Below, piece after piece: positions 46,269-56,097 of a DNA stretch of 57,037 nt (within the stretch, counting starts at the first letter, position 1; each line of letters starts with the position of its first letter). The notes under the pieces were generated by a model. The model was not told the origin of the DNA and ran no database searches. It was given only the letters and a program-made list of their open reading frames with translations. The DNA comes from Chloroflexota bacterium. GTDB taxonomy: Bacteria; Chloroflexota; Dormibacteria; CF-121. The DNA is taken from NCBI GenBank assembly GCA_005881175.1, contig VBEN01000015.1:1-57037 (forward strand), in the 5' to 3' direction. The position numbers and the translations under genes are program-made.

Positions 46269-47818
46269 GCTGCGCCCGCCATCATCAGGCCGAGCTCTTC
46301 TACCACCGCCTTCTGGCGTTCCACCACGCCCATGATGCGGCCGCCGTACAACACGGCGATCCGATCGGCCAGCGCCAAGATCTCATCGAGGTCTTCACTG
46401 ATCAGAAGGATGGCGACGCCCCGCGCAGCAGCCTCGAGCAGCAGGCCACGCACCGCGTCGGTGGCCGCCACGTCAAGGCCGCGGGTGGGGGAGGCGGCAA
46501 CGAGCACCTTGGGACGGCTCGAGAGCTCCCGCGCCAGCAGGACCTTTTGTACATTGCCGCCGGACAGCAATCGAGTCGGCGTCTGTGGGCCGGGCGCGCT
46601 GATGTTGAAGCGGCGCATCAGGTCGACTGCGTTTGCCCGGATCCGGCCAGCGCGAAGCCAGCCCTGGGGCGAGATGGGGGCTCTCCGGTAGGACTTGAGC
46701 ACAAGGTTGTCGGCAATGCTGAGCGAGGGCGCGACGCCGGTTCCCATGCGGTCTTCGGGGACATGGCTGACGCTCTGCTGGATTGCGGCCAGGGGATCGC
46801 CGGAACGCATCGCCCTTCCCGCAATCGAGACTGTCCCGCTCGTCAGCCGCCGCATGCCGGTGATGACTTCGGCCAGCTCGCGCTGGCCGTTGCCGGCGAC
46901 CCCGGCAATGCCGACGATCTCACCCGCGTGGACGGTCAGGTCGACCTTCTGCAGGGCGAGCGTGCCGAGATCGCTCAAGGCGGTTACCCCACGGAGATCG
47001 AGGACCACGTCTCGCTCCGTCTGGGCGACAGCCTCCTTTTTTTGCGTGAAGACAACGTCACGCCCAACCATCATCCGGGCCAGTTGTCGCGGATTGGTCT
47101 CCTTGGTCAGAACCGTCCCGATCAGCTTTCCCTGACGGAGGACGGTCACGCGGGTGGAGACCGCCATCACCTCTTCGAGCTTGTGCGAGATAAAGATCAC
47201 GGTCCGGCCTTCGGCGACCATCAGACGGAGGGTCTCGAAGAGGTTCTTGGACTCCTGCGGCGTGAGCAAGGAGGTCGGTTCATCGAGGATCAGGATGCGG
47301 GCGCCGCGGTACAGCGCTTTAAGGATCTCGACTCGCTGCTGTTCGCCAACCGACAGCTGCCACACGCGGGCGCCGGGATCGACGGGCATCCGGTAGCGCC
47401 GTGCCAACTCGGCAACCCTGCCCTGGATCACCCGTGGTTCGAGCAGGAAGCCGCGATCGGCGGCGTCGCGGTGGCCAAGCACGAGGTTCTCCGCCACCGT
47501 GAACGACGCCGCCAGTCGGAAATGCTGATGCACCATGCCGATACCGGCCTCGATGGCATCGCGCGGGGAGTGAAAGGCGACCGGGTTACCCCTGACGAGG
47601 ATCTCGCCCTCGTCGGGCCGATATAACCCGGTCAGGATGTTGGACAGGGTCGACTTACCGGCTCCATTCTCGCCAAGCAGCGCGTGAATTTCGCCTTCCA
47701 GCGCTTCGAAATCGACCTGCTCGTTGGCGACGACGCCGGGGAACCGTTTGGTGATTCCCCGCATCGTCACGGCTGGGACCGGCCCAGCCGTGACGGATTC
47801 AGGGTCGATGGGGATCAA
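46265..47818 (-). CDS. ABC transporter ATP-binding protein with duplicated ATPase domains
   Basis: Contains GENGAGKST, LSVGEQQRVEI and ILDEPT, plus second-half GVAGNGQ and LSGGNVQKV. Confidence 0.9.
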   Translation of the reverse strand: MIPIDPESVTAGPVPAVTMRGITKRFPGVVANEQVDFEALEGEIHALLGENGAGKSTLSNILTGLYRPDEGEILVRGNPVAFHSPRDAIEAGIGMVHQHFRLAASFTVAENLVLGHRDAADRGFLLEPRVIQGRVAELARRYRMPVDPGARVWQLSVGEQQRVEILKALYRGARILILDEPTSLLTPQESKNLFETLRLMVAEGRTVIFISHKLEEVMAVSTRVTVLRQGKLIGTVLTKETNPRQLARMMVGRDVVFTQKKEAVAQTERDVVLDLRGVTALSDLGTLALQKVDLTVHAGEIVGIAGVAGNGQRELAEVITGMRRLTSGTVSIAGRAMRSGDPLAAIQQSVSHVPEDRMGTGVAPSLSIADNLVLKSYRRAPISPQGWLRAGRIRANAVDLMRRFNISAPGPQTPTRLLSGGNVQKVLLARELSSRPKVLVAASPTRGLDVAATDAVRGLLLEAAARGVAILLISEDLDEILALADRIAVLYGGRIMGVVERQKAVVEELGLMMAGAA

Positions 47819-47822
47819 GCAA

Positions 47823-48917
47823 TCAGCCGCCTTTCGGGCTGCCGATCACTCCTTGCACGAACCAGTCCATGGACAGGATCTGCGCTAACGTCATCTTGGT
47901 CCCGGCGGCAATCTTGACCGCGCCCGACTGGTCCTTTAGTGGCCCGGTGAACTCGTAAAAGCTCCCACTTTTGAGAGCCTCCTTCTTCGCATTGATCTGG
48001 TCCCGGACCGATTGCTGGACCGACTGCCCGAAGGGGGCGATGTCGATCATGCCGTCGCCGATATTTCCGTAGTAACTGCCGGTTTTCCAGCTGCCATTCA
48101 TCGCTTCCTTGACTCGCTTCACGTAGTAGGGTCCCCAGTGGTAGACGGTACCGGTCAGCCAGATGTCTGGGGCAACGTTTGACTGATCCGAGTCGTACCC
48201 ACTCCACTTGACCCCGACCGCCTTCGCCGCTTCCCCGGTGGCGGGGCTGTCCTGCCCCTGGCCGATGGCGTCCACACCCCGGCTGAGGAGACTCTGCGCC
48301 GCCTGCTTCTCTTTGGTGGGGTCGAACCAGGTGTTGGTCCAGACGACCTGCACGGTCGCACCAGGATGCGTCGTCTGGGCGCCCAACGCGACGGCGTTGA
48401 TCTCGCGGATGACCTCGGGGATGGGGAAGGGCGCGACGAAGCCGATCTTGCCTTTCTTGCTGGCCGCGCCTAAGGCCATGCCCGTCAGGTAGTCGGCGTC
48501 TTCGGCGGCGCCGAAGTACTCGGCAAGATTGCTGGCGGTCTTGAACCCGGTGGCCTGCTCGAACTTGACGTCGGGATGCTTGGCCGCCTCATTCGCCATC
48601 GCGTCCTGGAAGCCGAATGACGTGGCAAAAATGATCTTGTTGCCGTCACGGACCAGGTCTTCGACCACCTGCTCGACCTGTGGCCCTTCGGGAACGTTCT
48701 CCTTGAACGTCGTCTTGACCCCAGTCCCCAGCTGCTGTTCGACCAGCTTCCGTCCATCGTCATGTGCCTGCGTCCAACCATGATCGCCGGCGGTTCCCAC
48801 GTAGATCCAGGCTGCCTTGAACGGTTGGCTCGTTGACGTCGTCGAGTTTGTCGTGCCGCACGCTCCGAGCACCGCGGCGGCCAGCATGGTCGCGGCCAGT
48901 CGAACGGGTTTCTTCAT
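47823..48917 (-). CDS. BMP-family (PnrA/Med-like) ABC substrate-binding lipoprotein
   Basis: Lipobox MLAAAVLGAC-G and a BMP fold pattern (GDHGWTQAHD, VIFATSFGF). Confidence 0.9.
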   Translation of the reverse strand: MKKPVRLAATMLAAAVLGACGTTNSTTSTSQPFKAAWIYVGTAGDHGWTQAHDDGRKLVEQQLGTGVKTTFKENVPEGPQVEQVVEDLVRDGNKIIFATSFGFQDAMANEAAKHPDVKFEQATGFKTASNLAEYFGAAEDADYLTGMALGAASKKGKIGFVAPFPIPEVIREINAVALGAQTTHPGATVQVVWTNTWFDPTKEKQAAQSLLSRGVDAIGQGQDSPATGEAAKAVGVKWSGYDSDQSNVAPDIWLTGTVYHWGPYYVKRVKEAMNGSWKTGSYYGNIGDGMIDIAPFGQSVQQSVRDQINAKKEALKSGSFYEFTGPLKDQSGAVKIAAGTKMTLAQILSMDWFVQGVIGSPKGG

Positions 48918-48996
48918 CTAGCTGCTCTCCCTCCCGAAAACCCCCTATTCCAACGGAGAATTCTATCGTCTGCGCTCGGCGCCCACCGCAGCGGGT

Positions 48997-50067
48997 TTAT
49001 AAGCGGATCGCGGTTCGAAGCAGTGTCTTGAGCCGATCTGGCTGACGCCGGTAGCGTTCCCATTCCGATGGTATCTTCGTCGACTTTTCCAGGATGGCCC
49101 AGAGCACCGAGTTGACCGGAGTCGGCACGTCGTAACGCCGTCCGGCGTCGACCACCGCCCCGTTCAAGTAGGCCGCCTCGGTTTTCCCTTTGGCACGACT
49201 GAGGTCCCACCAGAGAGAGGGCATCTTGTTGCCACGGGCGCGGCCCAGCCGCGGTTCCAGCAGCATTTGAGCCAGCAGCGGCGGAAGGTTCATGGCGCGC
49301 CGCAGGCTGGGCGCGGGGAGGCCCGGAAGCGCGACCACCGGCAGCTGCATTCTCTGCATGACGGTGACCGCCTCTAAAAACGCGGCGCGCTCGTAGCGGA
49401 AGAGCTCGCTGTCGGCGAAGACATGGCTGGGCGGAAGGTCCAGGATCGCGCTTTGCGCGTTCCCGATGATATTGAACAGCAGCTTCGACCACTTCATGGC
49501 TCGGAAGTCCGCATATCGGCGGGCCTTCAGGCCGGCATCGCCCAGCTTACGGACGAGCGGCGCCACGTTGACCTCCGGCGAAACCGGAGCCAGCGCCACA
49601 CCGCCGCGTCGCGAGTGCAGCTGAATGGTCCCGGGCTCGTCCAGGCTGACCGGAACGGTCAGGCTTCCGGCTACCAACGCCTGCTCCGGGAGCGCCATGT
49701 TAATGGCTTCCTCATTGCCCACCCCGTTCTGGAAACTTCCCAGGATGGTGCCCGGACGGAGCACCATCTGCAGCTGGTCGATGGCATCCAGCGTGTCATA
49801 GCCCTTGACGGTGAGGAACACATAGTCGAACGGTCCGCCGGCTTCGGCGATGCTTGGCCGCGCGGCCAGCACCGACTGGTTGCTAACCTTGCCGGCCACC
49901 ACCATGCGCACGCCATCGCGGGCGACCGCGTCCACGTGGGGGGGCCGGCCGATCAGCGTCACTTCGCTGCCGGCCTGCGCGAGTCTGGCGCCCAGCAGCG
50001 ATCCGACCGCCCCGGCGCCAAAGAACAGAAATCTCAACGGCGGCGCGGGCGCCGCTCGGGGGGGCAT
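48997..50067 (-). CDS. panE: Ketopantoate reductase family protein (PanE/ApbA)
   Basis: Rossmann motif FLFFGAGAVGSLLGARLA and an ApbA C-terminal domain. The start overlaps the plsY stop as TGATG. Confidence 0.8.
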   Translation of the reverse strand: MPPRAAPAPPLRFLFFGAGAVGSLLGARLAQAGSEVTLIGRPPHVDAVARDGVRMVVAGKVSNQSVLAARPSIAEAGGPFDYVFLTVKGYDTLDAIDQLQMVLRPGTILGSFQNGVGNEEAINMALPEQALVAGSLTVPVSLDEPGTIQLHSRRGGVALAPVSPEVNVAPLVRKLGDAGLKARRYADFRAMKWSKLLFNIIGNAQSAILDLPPSHVFADSELFRYERAAFLEAVTVMQRMQLPVVALPGLPAPSLRRAMNLPPLLAQMLLEPRLGRARGNKMPSLWWDLSRAKGKTEAAYLNGAVVDAGRRYDVPTPVNSVLWAILEKSTKIPSEWERYRRQPDRLKTLLRTAIRL

Positions 50068-50690
50068 CAGTTAGCGGTGATCTTCAGCTCTCGGCCGGTG
50101 GCGAGTCGTCCGATGTTGCTCCGGTGCCGGTAGAGCACGAGCCCGACGAGAGCCACACCAAGGATGACCACGGGCCATCCCACGGGGCGCCACACCTGCC
50201 AGCCAACGAGATGAAGCGCGATCAAGCTGACGAAGCCGACCGCGACCGCGATCAGCGATGAGAGCGACGCCAGCCGGGTAAGACGCACGACCAGGAACCA
50301 ACTCAGCAGGGCGAGGATCAAGGCCACCGGGGCGAGTGCCAACAGGATCCCGCCCGACGTCGCGACACCCTTACCGCCGCGGAAGCCCAGGTAGAGCGAC
50401 CAGGAGTGGCCCAGCACGGCGGCAAGACCGATGACAACGAGCGCGATTTCCTGGTCGGCCAGGCCGAGCGCGATGCCCAGCATCACTGGAATGAAGCCCT
50501 TGAGGCCGTCGGCGATCAGGGTGGCGGCAAAGGCCCCCGGGCCGCCGGCGCGGAACACATTCGCGGCCCCGATATTGCCACTGCCGAGCTTGCGGACATC
50601 CTGGTTCCGGTAGACCTTCATCACCAGCCAGCCAGAGGGAACGGAACCCAGCAAATACGCGAAGGCCGCCAGCGCGAGCACTTTGGGCAT
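50067..50690 (-). CDS. plsY: Glycerol-3-phosphate acyltransferase PlsY
   Basis: Contains YLLGSVPSGW and GSGNIGAANVFR. Confidence 0.9.
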   Translation of the reverse strand: MPKVLALAAFAYLLGSVPSGWLVMKVYRNQDVRKLGSGNIGAANVFRAGGPGAFAATLIADGLKGFIPVMLGIALGLADQEIALVVIGLAAVLGHSWSLYLGFRGGKGVATSGGILLALAPVALILALLSWFLVVRLTRLASLSSLIAVAVGFVSLIALHLVGWQVWRPVGWPVVILGVALVGLVLYRHRSNIGRLATGRELKITAN

Positions 50691-50756
50691 GTAGGGTCCT
50701 CGAGGGACGCCTCAACTATAGAGCGGCGGCTTTCCGCTTGTCACTCAAAGCCGGTA

Positions 50757-51941
50757 TCAGGTTCTCGGCGGCTGCCCGGGGCGGGCGGTGATGTTGCGGG
50801 GCAATTCGAGGGTGAATTCGCTGCCCACCCCTGGCCGGCTATCGACGAGGACCTGGCCGCCATGGGCGTTGGCAACCTCCTGCACGATGTACAGGCCGAT
50901 GCCGAGGCCGACCAGGTGCCTGGTCGCCTCGCTCTCGATGCGGGTGAAGCGCTTGAAGAGCTGGCCCTGGTGCTGTGGGTCGATACCAAAGCCGTCATCG
51001 AGCACGCTGATGGTCCAGCTGGCGCCAGACCGGGCAAGGGTGACGTCGATCCGTCCGGTTGGTCCGGGACGAAAGCGAATGGCGTTGTCGAGTAACTCGC
51101 GAACCGCCAGGTGCAGCCAGTACGGGTTGCCCGTCAAGGGCGCCGCCAGGACGTCCAGGCGCAGGTCGATGGCAAGGTCGGCATAACGACGCTGCTGTTC
51201 TTTGACCATCGGCTCGATCAGGGCGGCGAGGTCGAGGTCCTCTTTAGCCATCGCCGACCCCAGCTCGTCGAGCCGGCCGACCAGGCTCATGTCCATGATC
51301 AGGCGGCTCAGCTGGCGGGCCTTCTCGTAGATACGAGCCCCGGCCAGCTTCTGGTGCTCCGCGTTCAGTCCGCCCTGGGCGAGCAAGGAACCATAGCCGA
51401 GGATCACGCTCAAGGGCGTGCGCAACTCGTGTGCGGCCAGGTTCAGGAACTCCGTCTTTGCCGTGCTCATCTCGCGCAATCGCGCCACGTCTACATCCAG
51501 TGGAGCCGCGGGCTGGGCAACCATGCCGGTTAGAAGGTGCTCCACGGTGCGGCCCTCGCCCTTCAGCGGCCGAATGAACCACTCCCAGGTTTGCCCATCG
51601 ATCACGATCGTCGCGTTGTGCGCCCGACCCTTGACGGAGACGGAGCGATAGGGACGCGGGTCGGACAGCGGATGGGCCGGCGGAAGCAAGGCCGAAATCG
51701 TCATCCCGGCGGCATCGGGCCGGTGGAAGAGCCGTGCCATCAGTTCGTTCAGCGCGAGCACCCGAAGGTCCGTAACCTGGACCACCGCCACCGGGATGGG
51801 GGTCGCCTGGAGGAGCTCGATGACCGGCGTGGCGAAACGTTCTGAGAGCGCCGTTTCAAGCAACTGCGCCAGCGCCTCCGAGCGTCGGTCCAATACGGAT
51901 TCCCTCCAAATCGGCTGATAGACTGGTCGAAGGCCGTGCAA
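50757..51941 (-). CDS. Cytoplasmic sensor histidine kinase (PAS-like N-terminus, HisKA, HATPase_c)
   Basis: H-box AAHELRTPLSVILGY and G-box GLGIGLYIV. The start is uncertain: TTG 51941 was chosen because the longer ORF (to 52103) overlaps the divergent thioesterase gene. Confidence 0.75.
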   Translation of the reverse strand: MHGLRPVYQPIWRESVLDRRSEALAQLLETALSERFATPVIELLQATPIPVAVVQVTDLRVLALNELMARLFHRPDAAGMTISALLPPAHPLSDPRPYRSVSVKGRAHNATIVIDGQTWEWFIRPLKGEGRTVEHLLTGMVAQPAAPLDVDVARLREMSTAKTEFLNLAAHELRTPLSVILGYGSLLAQGGLNAEHQKLAGARIYEKARQLSRLIMDMSLVGRLDELGSAMAKEDLDLAALIEPMVKEQQRRYADLAIDLRLDVLAAPLTGNPYWLHLAVRELLDNAIRFRPGPTGRIDVTLARSGASWTISVLDDGFGIDPQHQGQLFKRFTRIESEATRHLVGLGIGLYIVQEVANAHGGQVLVDSRPGVGSEFTLELPRNITARPGQPPRT

Positions 51942-52409
51942 GACCCCGACAAACTCAATGATGAAACCACATACCAACGCTGTTTTGCCTGCGGCCACCG
52001 GAACGAATCCGGGCTCAAGCTGACCTTTCGGCGGGACGGCGAGCGCATCGTCGCGGACTACACACCCGCCGAGCGCTACCAGGGCTTTCCCGGTGTCCTT
52101 CACGGGGGCATCCTGGCGACGATGCTCGATGAAACGATGGGCCGCACGGGCGCTCTGCGTCAGGAATGGCTGATGACCGGCAAGCTGGACATCCGCTATC
52201 GACAGCCGGCGCCGATCGACCAGCCGCTTCGCGTCTGGGGCGAGATCGCCCGCGAGCGCAATGGCGCCATCGATGCCATCGGAGCTGTGGAGCTGCTGGA
52301 CGGTACCGTGCTGGCGGATGCGCGCGGCATGTTCGTGCGCCTGCCCGAACCCCTGGCGAGCGCGACCGTCGATCAGTACCCGGAGTTCATCAACTACTGG
52401 CGAACGTAG
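51936..52409 (+). CDS. Hotdog-fold (PaaI-like) thioesterase
   Basis: Contains CFACGHRNESGLKL and GVLHGGILATMLDETMG. GTG start. Confidence 0.7.
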   Translation: MQDPDKLNDETTYQRCFACGHRNESGLKLTFRRDGERIVADYTPAERYQGFPGVLHGGILATMLDETMGRTGALRQEWLMTGKLDIRYRQPAPIDQPLRVWGEIARERNGAIDAIGAVELLDGTVLADARGMFVRLPEPLASATVDQYPEFINYWRT

Positions 52410-53479
52410 CCACGCCGCGTTCGCATCTCTTTGCGCCGGACCACGAGGAATTCCGTGGGACCGTGCGCCGCTTCATCGAGAAGGAGGTTCGACCCCACGT
52501 CGATGAGTGGGAGTAGGCGCAGCAGTTTCCGCGAGAGCTCTTCCGTCGCTGCGGGGCGCTCGTGGCCCGGTGTGGCTCCGGTGGAGGCGCCGCCGGGATC
52601 GGGGCCCACGTCGCCATCGCCACGCCGCCGATCAATGACTTCGGAAACGATGCTCAGCGTCAACGCTGGCTGGCGCCGGCCATCAAGGGGGAAAGGATCG
52701 TCGCGCTAGGCGTGACCGAGCCGTCGGGCGGCTCGGACATCGCGCACGTGCAGACCATGGCCGCTCGCCAGGGTGATGCCTACGTGGTGAACGGCGCCAA
52801 AATGTTCATCACCAACGGCGTCAACGCCGACCTTGTGGTCATCCTCGCGCGTACCAAACCGGAGGGCGGCCATCACGGGTTGTCGCTGCTGGTGGTGGAA
52901 CGGGGGACGCCAGGCTATACCGTCGGACGCAAGCTGGACAAGCTGGGATGGCGGGCGTCCGATACCGCGGAGCTGGTCTTCCAGGACTGCCGGGTGCCGG
53001 TCGAGAACCGCCTCGGCGAGGAAAACAACGGCTTCAAAATGGCCGTCGCCAACTTTCAGTGGGAGCGCCTCTGGATCGCGATCTCAGCCGTGGCATCGGC
53101 GCAGCGAAGCTTGGAGCTGGCTGTCGATTACGCATCGAACCGGGTGCAGTTCGGCAAGACGCTGACGGCGATGCAGGTGATCCGGCACGAGATCGCCAAC
53201 ATGGCGCTGCGTGTCGAGCAAGCGCGGCAACTGACCTACTACGCCCTGTGGCTGCATTCGCAGAATCTGCCCTGCACCAAAGAGGTTTCGATGGCGAAGA
53301 TCGCCGCCACCGAGGCGGACGTGAGCGTGGCCGACCGGGCGTTGCAGATCCACGGCGGCTACGGCTACATGATGGAGTACCCGATCCAGCGTGCCTGGCG
53401 TGATGCACGGCTTGGCCCGATTGGGGCGGGGACGAACGAAATCATGCGCGAAATCATCGCCAAAGAACTCGACTTATAG
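52406..53479 (+). pseudogene. Acyl-CoA dehydrogenase interrupted by an in-frame TAG, with no credible start codon
   Basis: LFAPDHEEFRGTVRRFIEKEVRPHVDEWE-TAG(52514-52516)-AQQFPRELFRR continues in the same frame into track ORF 52562-53479 (GVTEPSGGSD, EYPIQRAWRDARL). Confidence 0.75.
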
Positions 53480-53908
53480 GCTCGATGAAGCGTGACCGGG
53501 CGTCGATGTGACCTCTATCAGATGAGGGGCGTCCCATGTTTGGTCCCATGGGTACGCCAGTAAATCCTGGGCGGTTACCCTGGCACGGACGGGGGGCTTG
53601 CCCTCGTCTCCCTGCCAGGCTGCAAGCAGGACAACGCTGGCTTCGCCGCGAACGACCCCATCGACATACTCACAAAGCCTCCGCCGTGAATCCTCGGCGG
53701 CCTGATCTTGAGGATCACCCAACTCGTCCAATATGAAGCCACACCCGCACCCCTCGTGTGATCCAAGGATGTAAGCATTGGCACCCGCGAGATTGCGCAG
53801 GAATTTTTCCTTGCGCTTCAGATGGTGGACATTGAATGCCGGCTGTCTCTTATCCCAACGGAGTTCAGGCAGATTCGCGTCGGTGACGAGGTAAATGTAA
53901 AGACACAT
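53474..53908 (-). CDS. Hypothetical protein (144 aa)
   Basis: ORF with a GSHEGCGCGF motif and no family I recognise. Its 3' end overlaps the ACAD stop by 6 nt. Confidence 0.5.
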   Translation of the reverse strand: MCLYIYLVTDANLPELRWDKRQPAFNVHHLKRKEKFLRNLAGANAYILGSHEGCGCGFILDELGDPQDQAAEDSRRRLCEYVDGVVRGEASVVLLAAWQGDEGKPPVRARVTAQDLLAYPWDQTWDAPHLIEVTSTPGHASSSL

Positions 53909-54006
53909 CCCGTGGCGTCACGAACAAGAACGGCTTCGACAGGCGAACCTTACGCTCGGCTTCCGAAACCTGTTTCCGCATGACGAAGTGTGGCTAGACT
54001 CATAGC

Positions 54007-56097
54007 GTGCCATTCGAGCTCACTTTGCCGTTTTCGACGATCGTCGGTCAAGAGCAGATGAAGAGGGCGCTCCTGCTCAATGCCATCGACCCGGCGATCG
54101 GCGGCGTGCTGATCCGCGGCGATCGGGGTACCGCGAAGTCGTCGGCCGTGCGCGCCCTGGCCCGGCTGCTGCCCGAGTACGAGGCTGTCGACCAGTGTCC
54201 ATACCGATGCGACCCGGCGATCCCCTCGCGCTATTGCGACGATTGCCGGCGCCGGGCGAACGTCGGGCCATTACCTTTGGTCCGGCTGCCGATGCGGATC
54301 GTGGAACTGCCGATCAACGCGTCGGAAGATCGGCTGGTCGGCTCGATCGACATCGAGGCGGCGGTCAGGGCCGGGACGCGGCGGTTCCAGCCCGGCGTGC
54401 TGGCCGAGGCCAACCGCAACCTTCTATATGTGGACGAGGTCAACCTGCTCGACGACCATCTCGTCGACGTTCTGCTGGATGCCGCGGCGATGGGGATCAA
54501 CGTCGTCGAACGCGAGGGCATGTCAGTTGTGCACCCGGCGCATTTCATCCTGGTGGGGACGATGAATCCGGAGGAGGGCGAGCTTCGCCCCCAGCTGCTC
54601 GATCGGTTTGGGCTCTGCGTCGAGGTGACGACCCCTACCGACATCGACCAGCGGCTTCGCGTCATGGAGCTCGAGCGGAAATTCATCGACAACCCGCAGG
54701 CGGTTCACCGGGACGCGACACCGCAGGAGATCGAGCTCCGTCGCCAGCTGCAGGCGGCGGCGGCGCGCCTCGACAGTGTGCAGATTCCGGACGCGATCCG
54801 GGCGTTGGTTGCCCGGCTCTGCCTGGATGGTTCGGTCGCCGGCCACCGGGCTGACCTGGTCGTGGCCCGCACGGCTCGGGCGATCTGCGCCCTTCGGGGC
54901 ATGCCGCTGGTTGAGCTCGCCGACGTGCTCGAGGCGCTCGAGCTCGCGCTGGCGCACCGTCGCCGCGAGCCGGTCTCGGACAAGCAGGATCCGGCGCAGG
55001 AACTGGCCACGCGTGCCGCGGAGCAACTAGCCCAGATCCAGGCCACCACGCCGACCGAAACCGCGGAGGCCGCTCGGGGCGAGGCCACCCATCAGGAAGG
55101 CGCCTCCGGGGGAGAGTCGAATGAAGGCTGGACCACCGCCGAAGCGCGCGAGTCACCCAGCACCGAAGCGGTCGAGGTTGAGCCCGACACCGTGATCCAG
55201 CTGCGCACCTTCGCGGTCAAGAAGCTCGACCTGCCACGCGAGCGCCAGGCTCGGCGCGCGGCAGGCAAGCGTACCTCCACGAAAAGCGAGACCAAACGCG
55301 GTCGCTACGTGCGCAGTTCGCAGACGGAGAAGGTCACCGACGTCGCCTTTGATGCCACCGTCAGGGCGGCGGCCCCGCATCAGCTGCGCCGGCGGCAGGC
55401 CACACCCAACGCCCCGAATCAACTGCAGCTCGAGAGCCAGGATCTGCGCCAGAAGGTCCGCGAGCGCAAGACGGGGAATTTGATCGTCTTCGTGGTGGAC
55501 GCCTCTGCATCGATGGATGCGGAGCAGCGAATGCTGGCCACGAAAGGAGCCATCCTCTCGCTGCTCCGGCATGCTTACGTCCGCCGCGACAAGGTGGCCC
55601 TGGTCGCCTTCAGCGGGCGCAACGCGCGGGTGGTGCTGCGTCCAACCTCCAGCGTCGACCTCGCCGAGCGCCGCCTCGAGCGCCTCAACATCGGCGGCAC
55701 CACGCCGCTGACACACGGCCTTATGACGGCGTTGAAATTGATCAAGACCGAGCGACTGCGCGACCCGCGGGTCTATCCGTTGCTGGTCTTGATCAGTGAC
55801 GGCCGCGGCAACATCAGTCTCTTCGGTGAGGAGCCACTGCTCGAGGCGCAGCGCACGGCCGGTCAGATCAAGCAGGAAGGCATCCGCGCCATGGTGATCG
55901 ATTCGACGCGCGACTTCAGCAGCCAGCCCGGTTATCCCCGAAACCGCGTGACCAGTCTCTACGGCGCATATGCCTTCAACGTCTGTGGCGACCTGGCCGA
56001 GCGCCTGGGTGGTCGGTACTACGGCCTCTTCGACCTATCGCAGAGCGCGATCGTCGACAGCGTCCAGCGTGAGATGCTTAGGACGGGTTCCGCCTGA
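54007..56097 (+). CDS. chlD: ChlD/BchD-like chelatase subunit (AAA+ module with degenerate P-loop, acidic linker, vWA/MIDAS domain)
   Basis: The P-loop reads GDRGTAKS at 54118-54141. Walker B is [13 protein letters not shown]. The acidic Pro/Glu linker is followed by vWA with [13 protein letters not shown]. Confidence 0.85.
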   Translation: MPFELTLPFSTIVGQEQMKRALLLNAIDPAIGGVLIRGDRGTAKSSAVRALARLLPEYEAVDQCPYRCDPAIPSRYCDDCRRRANVGPLPLVRLPMRIVELPINASEDRLVGSIDIEAAVRAGTRRFQPGVLAEANRNLLYVDEVNLLDDHLVDVLLDAAAMGINVVEREGMSVVHPAHFILVGTMNPEEGELRPQLLDRFGLCVEVTTPTDIDQRLRVMELERKFIDNPQAVHRDATPQEIELRRQLQAAAARLDSVQIPDAIRALVARLCLDGSVAGHRADLVVARTARAICALRGMPLVELADVLEALELALAHRRREPVSDKQDPAQELATRAAEQLAQIQATTPTETAEAARGEATHQEGASGGESNEGWTTAEARESPSTEAVEVEPDTVIQLRTFAVKKLDLPRERQARRAAGKRTSTKSETKRGRYVRSSQTEKVTDVAFDATVRAAAPHQLRRRQATPNAPNQLQLESQDLRQKVRERKTGNLIVFVVDASASMDAEQRMLATKGAILSLLRHAYVRRDKVALVAFSGRNARVVLRPTSSVDLAERRLERLNIGGTTPLTHGLMTALKLIKTERLRDPRVYPLLVLISDGRGNISLFGEEPLLEAQRTAGQIKQEGIRAMVIDSTRDFSSQPGYPRNRVTSLYGAYAFNVCGDLAERLGGRYYGLFDLSQSAIVDSVQREMLRTGSA

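Noticed and set aside
45765-47626. 308-aa and 471-aa plus-strand ORFs
   Set aside because: Both are antisense to the ABC permease and ATPase genes, whose motifs are unambiguous.
48918-48996. Purine/nucleoside riboswitch upstream of the BMP ABC importer
   Set aside because: The leader is only about 79 nt. Read on the minus strand, it lacks the conserved purine-riboswitch junction sequences. It mainly contains a GGGAGGGAGAG ribosome-binding region.
52514-52516. In-frame TAG as pyrrolysine or programmed read-through
   Set aside because: No pyl genes or PYLIS-like context are visible. The same gene also lacks a start codon and appears internally shortened, so pseudogenisation is the simpler explanation.
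53909-54006. Cobalamin riboswitch upstream of the chelatase genes
   Set aside because: The spacer is under 100 nt and I saw no B12-box-like element.
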